Below are positions 38,481 through 52,149 of a stretch of DNA of 64,000 nt, piece after piece. The DNA comes from Octopus sinensis. Taxonomy: Eukaryota. Below the pieces are notes generated by a model, which was not told where the DNA came from, did no database searches, and saw only the letters and a list, made by a program, of their open reading frames with translations. The stretch is from contig NC_042999.1 in the NCBI RefSeq assembly GCF_006345805.1, positions 10,044,001-10,108,000 on the forward strand, in the 5' to 3' direction. A program made the position numbers and the translations under genes. Every line of letters begins with the position of its first letter. Positions within the stretch are counted from its first letter, which is position 1.

Positions 38481-39285
38481 TTCTCTCTTTTCGTCGGCTG
38501 TTTAACTCACCCGCCAATTCTTTGCTTATTATATGCAGAATTGTATAAAGGTCATGATGTATTCGGGCACCACCTTCAACATCCGGTTTTCTTTTCCCTG
38601 TGGTCCATTTTTCTCTTTAGGGGTCTCTTTCTTTTTTCCGGTTTCCAGCGACTCCAAAAAACTTGCCACACTCGTTTCTTATTCATCCATTTCTTATTCT
38701 TCACAATCTCCTTCTGCGGTATTACTGGTCATCTTTCGTTTGTGGGACTAAGGAGGATGCGATTGCTGATGTTAATGGAAACAGCAGCCTCTATGAGTTA
38801 CCTTTCATCATCACTATTGTATATGCTGCAATACATCTCCCCTCTCATCTTTTCTTCGTCGACCTCCTCATAACAGAATACCTTTAATTGGTCCTTACAG
38901 CAACCAGGCTTTCTGCCTTGCACCGACAAGTCTCATCGTTTTCCTTTCAGAGTCCACAACCAAGTGCATCTCTTGCATGTGTCAGGTCTTTGGTGGATTC
39001 ATTAAGACCCTTCCCGACCGACTACACATCGTTTTTACTTACCACCAGCCCCTACTGTGCCCCAAAGATGACAACAACAATCCAAAGGCCAACGTTATTT
39101 TGGCTACCACTGTTGGATGTCACTGCGACATGTATTGCAACACAACACAAAATGCATTCCATCCTTAAAAGTCCTCGTACTTGTAGGCCGAATACGACCC
39201 TGGTCAATCTGGTTCTTGCGACGCTGGTTTGGAACTCAACGTTTAACTTAAAATACATCTCTTTTTTTCTCCCTCTATCACATTT

Positions 39286-39362
<77 letters not shown>

Positions 39363-39420
39363 CACACATACGCACGAACAGACATATATGTATAAATAAA
39401 TGTGCGCATCTCTCTCTCTT

Positions 39421-39458
<38 letters not shown>

Positions 39459-39722
39459 CGTGACCGACCAGGCTATCAGATGTTGCTACACATCGCTGGT
39501 CACAATGCGCTTCGCATTGTTTTAGCCTTCAAATGACGCCACCCCGCTGGCTAAGCGAGCAGACCAATATATATATATATATATCAAAGTCCATTCTTCA
39601 CCAAGTGCCACATATTAGACGAGGTTCTTCGCAATAACAGTGTAGCACAAAACGGCGGTGCATCAGCATGGCCACAGCTCTGAACTGAAACTAAAATATA
39701 TATATATATATATATATATATA

Positions 39723-39780
<58 letters not shown>

Positions 39781-40248
39781 ATGTATGTACACATACACAC
39801 TCATATGCCCAACCCCGATCGATAGAAATCGCATCGTTCTACACAAGAGACAGGACTTCCTCCAACAACACTTTTAATGCCATATTTAAATAAAATCTCC
39901 CCACCGCCATATTAAGCAAAGCAGAGATAAGTTACCCTCTTTTCTTGTTCCTGTATGCATTATGCGGTCAAGACGAAAGTGATGCCCTTGAAAAAAAAAA
40001 ACCTGATTGTTCAATCCCGACATAAAACCGGGTCAACACTGAAACTGACTCAGCACCTATCATCCAAAGAATCGTCCATTAAATACAACCCTGGTCAATC
40101 TGGTTCTTCTTGCGACGCTGGTTCGGAACTCGACGTTTAATTTAAAATACATCTCTCTTTCTCTCCCTCTATCTACATAAATATGCACGTATAAACATAT
40201 ATACCTATGTGTATAAATAAATGTGTACATCTCTCTCTCTTTCGATAT

Positions 40249-40335
<87 letters not shown>

Positions 40336-40391
40336 TACATATAGATATATGTGTATGCAAACACACCAGTTTCTCCCTACCACATCTTTAC

Positions 40392-40561
40392 CTGCAATCT
40401 TAATTAACTGGGGCAAATTAGATTGGAAATCCGGCGATTGGCACACGGAAAGTCAGTGGAAACCAGTTGTACATTCTGGTGACACATCTCACGGCCGTAC
40501 ATCGGACTGCAATGCTGTCGGTGGATTCCAAAACCGGCTAAACTGGATCCCGTTCACAGAC
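40392..40561 (-). other. Candidate 170-nt exon, probably untranslated
   Basis: Donor CAG/GTAAAG; weak acceptor TAGACAG; unique sequence between microsatellites; stops in all three frames. Confidence 0.25.
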
Positions 40562-40649
40562 CTGTCTACGACAATATCGTCATCGTCGTCGTCTCATACA
40601 CATCAACAACAATATTGTAGGCGCAACGGTCCCATCCTCTGTGTGCGTG

Positions 40650-40727
<78 letters not shown>

Positions 40728-41117
40728 TATTTGTTTGATCAGATGATAACCTGTTATTTGAATCCTGAATTGAAACCAGCGTCTCGCGTCTTTCTTCTCC
40801 CAAAGAAACTTTTCTATTCAAACAGAAGACGTCAGGTGTTGAGGCTGTTGTTGTTGGTAGTCAGAAACATCGATCAACCAATGGAGTTCTTGGGATTTCC
40901 ACACAGGGACGACTTGTGACACTTATTTAGCAGTGACATTGTGAGGGCCTCTACGGGGTCGCCCCATCTGCAAGAAATACCAGCCAAATCAGCCTTAAAC
41001 CATTGCCTTACCATCTTAAGATAAAGACATGTTGGATTACGAAGTCCTGGGGTCATAATGGGAAAAGACCGAGGGACACCAGAGAGATAAACAGTAACAA
41101 CAAACTCACTTTCCGCC

Positions 41118-41778
41118 ATATTTCTTTCTTTATTGCCCACAGGGGGCTAAATATAGAGGGGACAAACAATGGGTTTAAGTCGATTACACCGACCCCAGTG
41201 CGTAACTGGTACTTATTTAATCGACCCCGAAAGGATGAAAGGCAAAGTCGACCTCGGCGGAATTTGAACTCAGAACGTAGCGGCAGACGAAATACCTATT
41301 TCTTTACTACCCACAAGGGGCTAAACATATAGGGGACAAACAAGGACAGACATAGGTATTAAATCGATTACATCGACCCCAGTGCGTAACTGGTACTTAA
41401 TTTATCGACCCCGAAAGGATGAAAGGCAAAGTCGACCTCAGCGGAATTTGAACTCACAACGTTGCGCCAGACGAAATACCGCTAAGCATTTCGCCCGGCG
41501 CGCTAACCATTCTGCCAGCTCGCCGCCTTGGCAGACGAAATACCTATTTCTTTATTACCCACAAGGGGCTAAACACAGAGAAGACAAACAAGGACAGACG
41601 AACGGATTAAGTCGATTATATCGACCCCAGTGCGTAACTGGTACTTAATTTATTGACCCCGAAAGGATGAAAGGCAAAGTCAACCTCGGCGGAATTTGAA
41701 CTCACAACGTAACGCAGACGAAATACCGCTAAGCATTTCGCCCGGCGTGCTAACCTTTCTGCCAGCTCCTCGCCGCCC
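41118..41778 (-). mobile_element. Family-A SINE multimer complex
   Basis: Junctions at 41295/41296 and 41543/41544; heads at 41470-41529 and 41727-41778. Confidence 0.88.
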
Positions 41779-44029
41779 TATTGCACGGCGCATTGAGCAA
41801 AAGCTGTCTTCTATAGCCCTAGGCTGAACAAAGCCTTGTGAGTGGATTTGAGAGATGGAAACTCTGTAGAAGCCCATCGTATACGTGTGCGTCCACACGA
41901 CTTGGCAACCGGTGTTGGTTTACATCCCCGTTAGCTAGCGGTTCGGCAAAAGGGATCCGATACAATAAGTACCGGAATTTTAAAAACAATTAGTACTGGG
42001 GTCGCTTTGTTCGACTAAAACCCTCCAAGTGCTCCATCATGGCCGCAGTCCAGTGACAGAAATAAAAGATAAAGGTGACCTCCCGTCGATTCCACTTAAC
42101 CTCACTGGCGGTGCCCCAGCATGGCCACAGCCTCAGGGCTAAAACATAAAAGATCAAAAGAATTCCTTATCTCATCTACCTCTCAACCTATCAATCTCTG
42201 TCTGTCTGTCTGTCTGTCCATTTATCGATGCATTTATCTGTCTCTATTCCTTTGTCTGTCTGTCTATCTTCCTAACTCTCTCCCTTTATTAATTATTGCT
42301 TTTTTTGTTGTTGTTTGTCCTTTCTTGTAACATTTCCCTCCTTCTTTCTTCCTCTTTCTTTCTCCCCCCTTTCCTCTCTCGAGTTTCCTCCTTTCTCTCT
42401 CTCTTTCACTCATTCAATTCTTCTTTCTCTCACTTCCCCCCTTTTTCTTCTTTACTTCCTCTACCCTCACACTCTTCGACACTCCCCCTCTCTCTCTATT
42501 TTCCCTATTCTCCCCCACCCCGCCCCATCTCCCTCCTCTGCATATTCTCTCCTTTCTCTCCTTTCTCTCCATTCTCCCTTCTCCTCTCACCGTCACTCTT
42601 CATCGCCATTTCTTTCCTTTTCTTTCTCCCTTCTCCTCACCCTCACAGTTTTACCCTACTCCTATTCCCCACCCCAACCCACATACCATCAATCTTTTAA
42701 AAGAAACAAGGTTTAATTACTACAATTCCGCCCTCCACCGCCCCCAACCTACCACATGGTCCCTGGAACGTCTTTTGTCTTCTTAACCGGTTCCCAATGC
42801 AGAAAGCCAGAGCCGAGAGCGACCGAGTCGTGAAAGTGTCAACGACGCGGCTAGATTTGTGTTGCAATACTTTCATCTTCTCAGGTTTAATTAAAACTTG
42901 TCAGAGAATTCAAAAGTGTTCCATCTCGGAACAAGAAACAAACAAAATGGCTACTTGATTCGAGAATCAAGTTTGGGGCTTCGTGTTCATTTCTGAAGCT
43001 CGACAGAGAGCACCGACCGAACCCTTAGGGGACTGGAAGACTGAAGGTCGTACCTTGTGGCCAGGCCAGCAGTTCACTCTTTCTCAAGCAAAGATATTTA
43101 GCCCGCAATAGTTCAGCACACCCCTCTCTAAATAGGAACCATAATTAGCAGTGTTGTGAGGTCCAAATCTTAATTTTGGAATCCCCTGTTAAAATATTTT
43201 ACCATAAATTAAGCCATACACTTTTTTTTGAGGCCCTTATCAATTGCAGGGCCTTAAACTGCAATTTGTTAACTGGGTACCTAAATCCATCGTGGAGTCC
43301 CTTAACAGAAGCGTTGAAAGGGATCGGCAAACTTTCGCTCTCACCGAAAGATAGGATAAAGTAAGAGATTAAAATATAGGATTAAGTAAGGATTAAAAGA
43401 CGAGGAGGGAGCCGAGGTTTATTCCGTAGAAAAGCACACCCGGCGGCAAAGCAGCACCCGGGTAAGATGATACGCAATGCCTTTAGATACAGTCACTGCA
43501 GCTAGGACTGCGACTTCTCTGTGGGTTTCTAAAATCTCAATAGACCCTGCTTCAATAGTAAGATAGAAAGATTTTTCCAGGTATAGACCCATGATTACGG
43601 GAGACCTACAAATACCACCGATATATAACTCAGGTTAATAAAAAATAGGATTTTATTATGGTATTAAACTGCTTCCGATAGTGAGGCTCCAACTGAGGTT
43701 GTGGGGATAATGAACTCATCCCTTAATTAACATCACCCCCAGCACCATTCTGACTCAGAAAGACAGATTTTTGTAAGGGTAGATTGACTGTTTTTACTGC
43801 TGATAAGGAGCTCAATGTAGGAGAAGCAAAATTCCCAAATTAATATCCTGTTGCAACATGTCCTAAACCAACACAGAAAAGCATGGCTGATGAAACTAAC
43901 ATGAGGTATGTCCAAATAACATCGATAATTAATAAGGAGTCAACTGTGTAAAGATAGGGCACATTCTGCCGCTAGCGGAGGTGGCGGGAATAGATGATGA
44001 TGATGATGATGATGACGAATGCAAGTAAG

Positions 44030-44420
44030 GTCGGCAGAGCAACTCTTGGGTCTACAGAAACAACAAAAGAGCTCATCCATCTTTGAATGATGGAAGCGGT
44101 TTAGCGGGATGTGGGTACCGTTTCGTGCGAGCAGCCACTTCGTCAGGCGGGCTAAACCATGTGAGAGTAGGCAACGGGTATGTAACTGTAGGCGAGCTAA
44201 GGCTTGCCTATCGATGCTTGTGAAAAATGGAATACGTGGCTTCTACAGATGAAAACCCTTCAACGGAGAGGAAGGCGGCCACAGCAACGCATTGTATGAG
44301 GCGGGGAGCAAGATGAAAGAAGCGAGACATCTTGGTCGCCAACTGCATCCGTCTTCATCCCCAGTCATCTTGATTGAAGATGGACACAAATGAGTGAGTG
44401 AGGTTGATGGTGGGAAAGGG
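44030..44420 (+). mobile_element. RTE-type 5'UTR-like fragment
   Basis: GCAGCCACTTCGTCAGGCGGGCTAAACCATGTGAG...GCTTGCCTATC resembles RTE LINE 5' regions as I recall them; not database-verified. Confidence 0.4.
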
Positions 44421-44953
44421 TTAACTGTAAACACAGTCAGCGTGCAAGCCATCAGTTATTCTTCTTCCAGGGTGGCCATGTAGTCCTCGTCGTTCAAACA
44501 GACGAACATACTGTTTAAATCATGATTCCGGAGCCTACATAGTTATCCCTCCAAACAGCTTTCTAATTATTCATTCTGTCGGGCTCTTTTGCTGAAACGC
44601 TACGTTACGGTGACGTAAACACAACACTAGGTGTCAAGCAGTGGTGACGCTAAACACAGACTAAAACACACGCACACAATGGGCTTCTTTCAGTTTCCGT
44701 CGACCTAATTCATTTACAAAGCTTTGGTCGGCCTAAGACCATAGATCGCCAAGAAAAATATTTAAACCACCTGATGAATGACTGCGACTCAAAAATTTGA
44801 AGATGTTAGCAGGCATGAAACGATCGTAGTGTGATATTAATTATATTTTTTTAATAATTTTGTTATATATTTAAATAATATAAATTAATCATATGTATTG
44901 GCTTAAGTTTTTCATTGCTTCATTTGCCTAATAGTGGTTTTGTCTCTAATTTA

Positions 44954-45098
<145 letters not shown>

Positions 45099-45199
45099 AC
45101 CTTACTATACTGTGTATAGTCGACAAAATCAAAACCAAACCATGCGCAAATTTTAAAATAACGACAATTTACCCATCGCAACTCGTGTGTGTGTGTGTG

Positions 45200-45360
45200 T
45201 AAAGAGTGAGAGAGAGATGCAGCACGGAATTTTGTCGGTGAAGAGGTCGCGGTCTCAAAGCGACGAAAATATTTTGACAAATTAAATTTAAATGTTGAAG
45301 TGAATCTAATGGTTTCTGTGTTTTTAAATGGCTTATAAACACCTTCCACGCTGCAATTGT
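45200..45360 (+). mobile_element. Probable Penelope terminal-repeat remnant with a degenerate hammerhead-like motif
   Basis: TTTGTC-GGTGAAGA-G-GTCGC..GCGAC-GAAA-ATATTT-TGACAAA. Confidence 0.3.
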
Positions 45361-45630
45361 TTTTGTTTCAGCACACGATCTCAGATCAGGTCACTTGCTA
45401 TGCAAGTATATATCCGTTATATTTATTGAATTTTGACCCAAGACCAGCAATTTTTTTGGAGGGTGGGGTGAGTCGATGCATCCACCCCAGGGCTCAACTG
45501 TGGTTTTATCGACTTCGAAAGCCAAAGTCGACCTCGTCAGAATTTGAACTCAGAACGTGAAGACGAGCGATATGCTGCTAGCTATTTTCTCCGGCGCGCT
45601 AACCATTCTGCCAAATAGCTTTATATACTT

Positions 45631-45793
45631 ATATACGACGGGCTTCGTCCAGTTTCTGTCCACCAAATCCACTTAAAAGTGTTTTATTGGCCCAAGGGCT
45701 ATAGCAGAAGACACTTGCCCAAGGTGCCACACAGTAGGACTGAGCCCGGAACATTGTGGTTGGGAAGCAAGCTTCTGACCACACAGCCACGCG
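45631..45793 (-). mobile_element. Family-B SINE 5' half
   Basis: Antisense head and core. Confidence 0.8.
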
Positions 45794-46233
45794 TATGTGC
45801 GAGTGCGCGTGCAGGTGTAATTGTGTGTGTATATATACACACACACACACAATTACACACCTACACACATATATATGTATATATGTGTAAAAGTAGATAG
45901 ATATATCATTCTCGAAAGATTTATTTCTAGAAACGACATAATGTCATTTGATTCATTTAAATATTTAATCCAGTAATTAGCAGAGACCATGTTTTGTGTA
46001 GTTTTAAATGAGTTCACTAATTTGGGCACCAATTAAACAGTTGAAGGAGGAATATTTGTGTGCTTGTGTGTGTCTGTGCGCTCGCGACTTCGAATATGGT
46101 ACAAATAACGTATACAGTCTTCGTGTTTACGAATGACCCTCGGAAAAGCAAACGGAAGCCACTCAATTCGGTTTCCTGTCCCCTGTAAAGAAAACCCTTC
46201 ACACGTCTTAAGGAAACTTTTATCATATAAAAA

Positions 46234-46648
46234 GCGCAGGAGTGGCTGTGTGGTAACTAGCTTGCTAACCAACCACATGGTTCCGGGTTTATTCCCACTG
46301 CGTGGCATCTTGGGCAAGTGTCTTCTACTATAGCCTCGGGCCGACCAAAGCCTTGTGAGTGGATTTGGTAGACGGAAACTGAAAGAAGCCTGTCGTATAT
46401 ATGTATATATATATATATGTATGTGTGTGTATTTGTGTGTCTGTGTTTGTCCCTCTGGCATTGCTTGACAACCGATGCTGGTTTGTTTACGTCCCCGTCA
46501 ATTAGCGGTTCGGCAAAACAGACCGATAGAATAAGTATTGGGCTTACAAAGAATAAGTCCCGGGATCAATTTGCTCGACTAAAGGCGGTGATCCAGCATG
46601 GCCGCAGTCAAATGACTGAAACAAGTAAAAGAGTAAAAGAGTAAAGAG
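46234..46648 (+). mobile_element. Family-B SINE, full length
   Basis: Match to 3469-3851. Confidence 0.9.
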
Positions 46649-46928
46649 TAACTATTTGCCTCGTGAAAATACAAAACCAATTTCCACGCGAATCACAACT
46701 GAAAGCTTTTAAAGCTGTCGAAGTCGTCCGCGAATTCAAGTTATGCAAGGGAGGTAACTCTATAATATAACTCGTAAATCGAAAAATCCAACGGTTTCTT
46801 TTTTCTATTTGTACGATGCGACACCAAGGCTCCGGACCCTCGGAGTTGTTGTCTGCCACCAGAACGTCTCTAAATTTACTTGTTTCTGTCTTCAACAAGA
46901 ATTACCAAATATAATAAACGAATTCTAA

Positions 46929-47349
46929 GACTATTCGGATCTTTACGGTTTGAACGGCAGTTTTTAACATAATTTCTTGGTAATTAAAAAATTTTAAACT
47001 TCGTATATTTGGTAGCATCTTTTTCTCTTGGCTTTATTGAGAAAATTCTATAGTTTGTAAGATATTTGTTGATTTTTTTCTACAATTTCTGCACTTTCAA
47101 CCAATCAATGACGTATATTGAAGAAAAAAAAACATTCTGTACCGTATGAATATGTCCCTCGTTTAAGAAACAGATTGGGTTTATTTACATTTGTGAAGAA
47201 AAAAAGATACCCTTCCCCCCACCCCTAACCCTAACCTTAAAACAGATTGAAATGCAATAGATCGATACTAGGGTTATAATTATGGGTGACAATTTCATAT
47301 GACACCGCTAGAAAAAACTGCCGGTCAAACCGAAAAGATCCGACTATTC
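46929..47349. mobile_element. MITE with ~37-bp TIRs
   Basis: TTCGGATCTTTACGGTTTGAACGGCAGTTTTT at the left versus AAAAACTGCCGGTCAAACCGAAAAGATCCGA at the right. Confidence 0.7.
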
Positions 47350-47399
47350 GAAGGATATTCAAATGGTGGAGGCGGAGAACGTCCCTAAAACATAGGCTT

Positions 47400-47790
47400 T
47401 GCATTCTCGTTTATCTTTTACTTGTTTTAATCACTGGACTGCGGCCATGCTGGGGCACTGCATTGAAGGGTTTTAAATCAAACAAATCGATCCCAGTATT
47501 GATATTTTTTTTAATGTCTGGTACTCAGTCTATCGATCTGTTTTGCCGAACCGCTATGATACGAGAGAATAAACAAAACATCGCCGGTTATCAAGCGATT
47601 GAGGAAGGTGAAAGGCACAAAAGACACAGAAAAACACGTTTATATACGATGGGCTTCCACACAGTCTCCGTCTTCGAAACTCACAAGGCATTGGTCAGTC
47701 CGGGAGTATAGTAGAAGACACTTGCCGAAGGTGCCACGCAGCAGGACAGAACCCAAAACTACGCGGTTGCAAAACGGACTTCATAACCAT
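47400..47790 (-). mobile_element. Diverged family-B SINE
   Basis: Antisense match. Confidence 0.75.
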
Positions 47791-48155
47791 CAAACCATTT
47801 TCTAACAAATTTTCATTTTATTTTGCTCATTCTTCAGTTCAAAACACTACGTTAAATATATTTTCGCAATATTTCTGCCATATACCGTGTCTCATGATTA
47901 TAGAAGACATTTTATTTGGAATTATGTTCTTCCACGCTTGTTCCAGTAATGTGTCACACCATTAGGAGATCCCGTCCAGAATACAAAATTTATAACATTT
48001 TATACAACAAGAGAATACAAAATAATATTAATTTAGCAACAAAAAAAAAACCTACTAAATTCCTTGGAGTGAACGTTCATTCTGGTTCCTCATAGGCTCA
48101 CAAGCAGACACAAAAATCCAAGAAGTTCAAACAATAACGCCTTTGATGATAGTGT

Positions 48156-48241
<86 letters not shown>

Positions 48242-48466
48242 CATGGTCTGAGGAAGCTTTCAAAGAGAGGGCACAAGGTCAGAAGAAAATACAATTCCTG
48301 GAGAAAAGGGTGTAATAATATTATTTAGAAGGGCGCACTTCTTTCTTGAGGGGGAATGTGCCTCTCAGCAACCCCACCCTTGGGTCTGCCCCTTTATATA
48401 TGAATATATATCGTCAGTAGATCATATATCCGAAGAAGCACGCCATTAGACCAGTAAAATATTTTT

Positions 48467-48667
48467 AGGAAGTTCAAAGTTATGGCTGGTCATAGAGTGA
48501 CCATTGGATTCGCACCTATAAAATGCGTAGTAGTATAGATGATTCATCAGACACAAATGGCCGAAGGCGCATCCAGCCATTTGAGTTTGATGAGCCACCT
48601 TTATTGCTAATCGCTTTATGGATGCATACCAATGGTCACTCCATGACCGGCCATAACTTTTAACTTC

Positions 48668-48669
<2 letters not shown>
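48467..48669. mobile_element. Palindromic MITE (~200 bp)
   Basis: AGGAAGTTCAAAGTTATGGCTGGTCATAGAGTGACCATTGG versus CCAATGGTCACTCCATGACCGGCCATAACTTTTAACTTCCT; inner arms also pair. Confidence 0.75.
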
Positions 48670-48706
<37 letters not shown>

Positions 48707-49062
48707 AGGGTGTGTGGACAAACGAAAGGAAGGCACTCAACACATTTATTGGGAGTTACATGTATAGATCAAACTAGTTTGATTCAGACTCCTTGGTACT
48801 CTGGGTTTCAAGCGCGTGGTTAGTCTTAGGCCATTGGGGCCATGGGGGACGAAGACTAGTCACACACTTCAAACTCAGAGTACAAAGGAGTCTGAATCGA
48901 ACTGTTTTGATATTTACACAACACAACACACAGCACCCATCACACGTCACACATCACATGACACACATCATACTGCATCCATCACACGGCATCCATCACA
49001 CATCACACAGCATCCATATATATTTATTTTCATATTGGCATTCGCCTTGATTGATCACTAAA

Positions 49063-49220
49063 CCTTTTTCTATTTTCTGTGTTCCTTTCTGTTGAAGAAC
49101 GTAGGCTCGAAACGTAAAATACCTTCTCACTTCCCGAGCGTTAAACCAATACATCTGTTTGTTGTTTACACACCTGTCTTCGTGTCTTTTGTTTTGCTTT
49201 TTCTTTTTGTAAATCCCCAC
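49063..49220 (+). mobile_element. Solo copy of the hammerhead-like mini-Penelope repeat
   Basis: CCTTT-CTGTTGA-A-GAACGTAGGCTC-GAAAC-GTA at 49083-49122; same downstream sequence as 23240-23330; runs into (TA)n. Confidence 0.6.
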
Positions 49221-49271
<51 letters not shown>

Positions 49272-49429
49272 ATATATATATATATATATTATATTATATA
49301 TATAATATATATATATATAGATATCTTTCATGCAGAAGTAAAGATGAAGGCAGTAGGTATGATGTTCTGAGTGTCGATGAAAATCAATTGATTGATTTGT
49401 ACCGGTGGACTTCCGGGCAAAGGCTCGTG

Positions 49430-49960
49430 GGTAACTTCCTGAAATCCTTAGTCTGACAGGTCTACCGCGGAGTGGATGCACTGCCTGTTCGTGATAAACT
49501 CAACAGAAACGAAGGTGTCGTCAACCAGGACTGGTCGAAATGCGAGCAGAGCAACGAAACCGTTCTGCATGCATTCAACCGGTGTCCGAGTATGGCTGAT
49601 CCGCGGAATTAAATCAAAAAGCCGTTACCTCGCGTATAGAACAGATCTGGTTATCGGTGCCGGCTCATTCCATCGTGATAATCACCCCTACCATCTTCTT
49701 AAGAAAGGAAAAACAGGCAGTTTTTCTTTGGTGACCATGGCGAAAGACGACTAGATGGTGGCTAGACTGACAGAACTGAAAACAAACAGATTCGTCTTTG
49801 ACCAAGCTCTCATTAAAAGAGGATTGTGAGAGTGGAGAAGGCTGTGTTATATTCCTCAGAATATTTGTTGGAAAATGTGTGAACATGGTAAGGCTGGCCC
49901 GAGTGAGCGGGTCTGCTCGGAACTGGTGGTACTCTTGGTGGTCGGAGTGAACCACGATTA
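49430..49960 (+). mobile_element. Tx1/L1-like 3' fragment (duplicated at 50690-51230)
   Basis: DALPVRDKLNR...KCEQSNETVLHAFNRCP matches the C-terminal zinc-finger region at 60330-60460. Confidence 0.7.
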
Positions 49961-50110
49961 GTCGAGTTTTATCGATATCAAATTTTCTGGTTGTTGTTCG
50001 AAATAGTTTATTTTCAGCCCCTGAGAGGCCAATAAAGAAATTACACACACACACACACACATACATGATATACATGTGAAATAAAAGATTAGGGAGGAAT
50101 ATTATATACG

Positions 50111-50363
50111 CTGTTGTGTCTGGGGAGAGTCATTTTCTTTTTGTGCCTTATAATTTAACACACTCACGGTAAAATTCCCACTTTTTTTGTCCTAAAATTT
50201 TCGTTGCGTTTGCAATTTTCAATGAGTTTTGACTATTGAAAACTATTGAAAAGTTGCAAGGCGCAACGAAAAGTTTAGGGAAATTAAAAAAAAAATTTTT
50301 AAGTGGAAATTTTCGTGTTAAATTATAAGGCACAAAAGAGAATGACTCTCCCCAGACCAACAG
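50111..50363. mobile_element. Fold-back MITE (duplicate 51357-51624)
   Basis: CTGTTGTGTCTGGGGAGAGTCATT...GTGCCTTATAATTTAACAC TIRs plus an internal palindrome. Confidence 0.8.
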
Positions 50364-50504
50364 AATATGCTTCAACACACGAACTCGCATAAGATCTTCA
50401 AACCAAATCCAAAAACGAAATATTACATACGCATTTGACTAATATATTTAACAAGCTAAATGAAAAAAGAATAGGTAATAAACATCATAACCCTGCTATA
50501 TATA

Positions 50505-50558
<54 letters not shown>

Positions 50559-51772
50559 TATATATAATATATATAGATATCTTCATGCAGAAGTAAAGAT
50601 GAAGGCAGTAGGTATGATGTTCTGAGTGTCGATGAAAATCATTGATTGATTTGTACCGGTGGACTTCCGGCAAAGGCTCGTGGGTAACTTCCTGAATCCT
50701 TAGTCGACAGGTCTACCGCGGAGTGGATGCACTGCCTGTTCGTGATAAACTCAACAGAAACGAAGGTGTCGTCAACCAGGACTGGTCGAAATGCGAGCAG
50801 AGAAAGAAACCGTCTCTGCATGCATTCAACCGGTGTCGAGTATGGCTGATCCGGGAATTAATCAAAAAGCCGTTACCTCTCGCGTATAGAACAGATCTGG
50901 TTATCGGTGCCGGCTCATTCCATCGTGATAATCACCCCTACCATCTTCTTAAGAAAGGAAAAACAGGCGTTTTCTTTGGTGACCATGGCGAAACGACTAG
51001 ATGGTGGCTAGACTGACAGAACTGAAAAACAACAGATTCGTCTTTGACCAAGCTCTCATTAAAAGAGGATTGTGAGAGTGGAGAAGGCTGTGTTATATTC
51101 CTCAGAATATTTGTTGGAAAATGTGTGAACATGGTAAGGCTGGCCCGAGTGAGCGGGTCTGCTCGGAACTGGTGGTACTCTTGGTGGTCGGAGTGAACCA
51201 CGATTAGTCGAGTTTTATCGATATCAAATTTTCTGGTTGTTGTTCGAAATAGTTTATTTTCAGCCCCTGAGAGGCCAATAAAGAAATTACACACACACAC
51301 ACACACATACATGATATACATGTGAAATAAAAGATTAGGGAGGAATATTATATACGCTGTTGTGTCTGGGGAGAGTCATTTTCTTTTTGTGCCTTATAAT
51401 TTAACACACTCACCGGTAAAATTTCCACTTTTTTTGTCCTAAAATTTTCGTTGCGTTTTGCAACTTTTTCAATAGTTTTGACTATTGAAAACTATTGAAA
51501 AGGTTGCAAGGCGCAACGAAAAGTTTAGGGAAATTAAAAAAAAAATTTTTAAGTGGAAATTTTACCAGTGTGTGTGTTAAATTATAAGGCACCAAAAGAG
51601 AATGACTCTCCCCAGACACAACAGAATATGCTTCAACACACGAACTCGCATAAAGAATCTTGCAAACCAAATCCAAAAACGAAATATTACATACGCATTT
51701 GACTAATATATTTCAACAAAGCTAAATGAAAAAAGAATAAGGTAATAACATCATAGACCCTGCCCCTATATT

Positions 51773-51855
<83 letters not shown>

Positions 51856-52149
51856 TAAATAAATGCATATATACATACAAATATGTACATACCTACATCT
51901 GTATGCATATATGGGTACAGGACATCAAAAAAACGTTGAATACAATGAAAAACGAAAACATAAAACCAAAAACATAGAAACGAAAAAACAAACAGAGAAA
52001 CGAGACATACAACATAAGGAACACTCCCCTTCTTCAGTTGTCCCTGTTTTATCTACTCCGCATTTCGAAGGTAAGGGCGAGACGCGACTTCGGTATCATT
52101 TTTAGGGTTATCGTATTTGTAAAAAAAATTATAAAATGCTTTGATAAAG

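Larger units (their letters stand above)
49320..51768. repeat. Near-identical tandem duplication, period ~1256 bp (49320-50497 / 50576-51768)
   Basis: Copies differ mostly by single-base indels; bounded by (TA)n. Confidence 0.9.

Noticed and set aside
47223-47238. Telomere-like CCCTAACCCTAACC
   Set aside because: Only about two units, internal to a MITE
49665-50075. 136-aa minus ORF as a separate LINE or gene
   Set aside because: It is the antisense of the plus-strand Tx1 3' fragment
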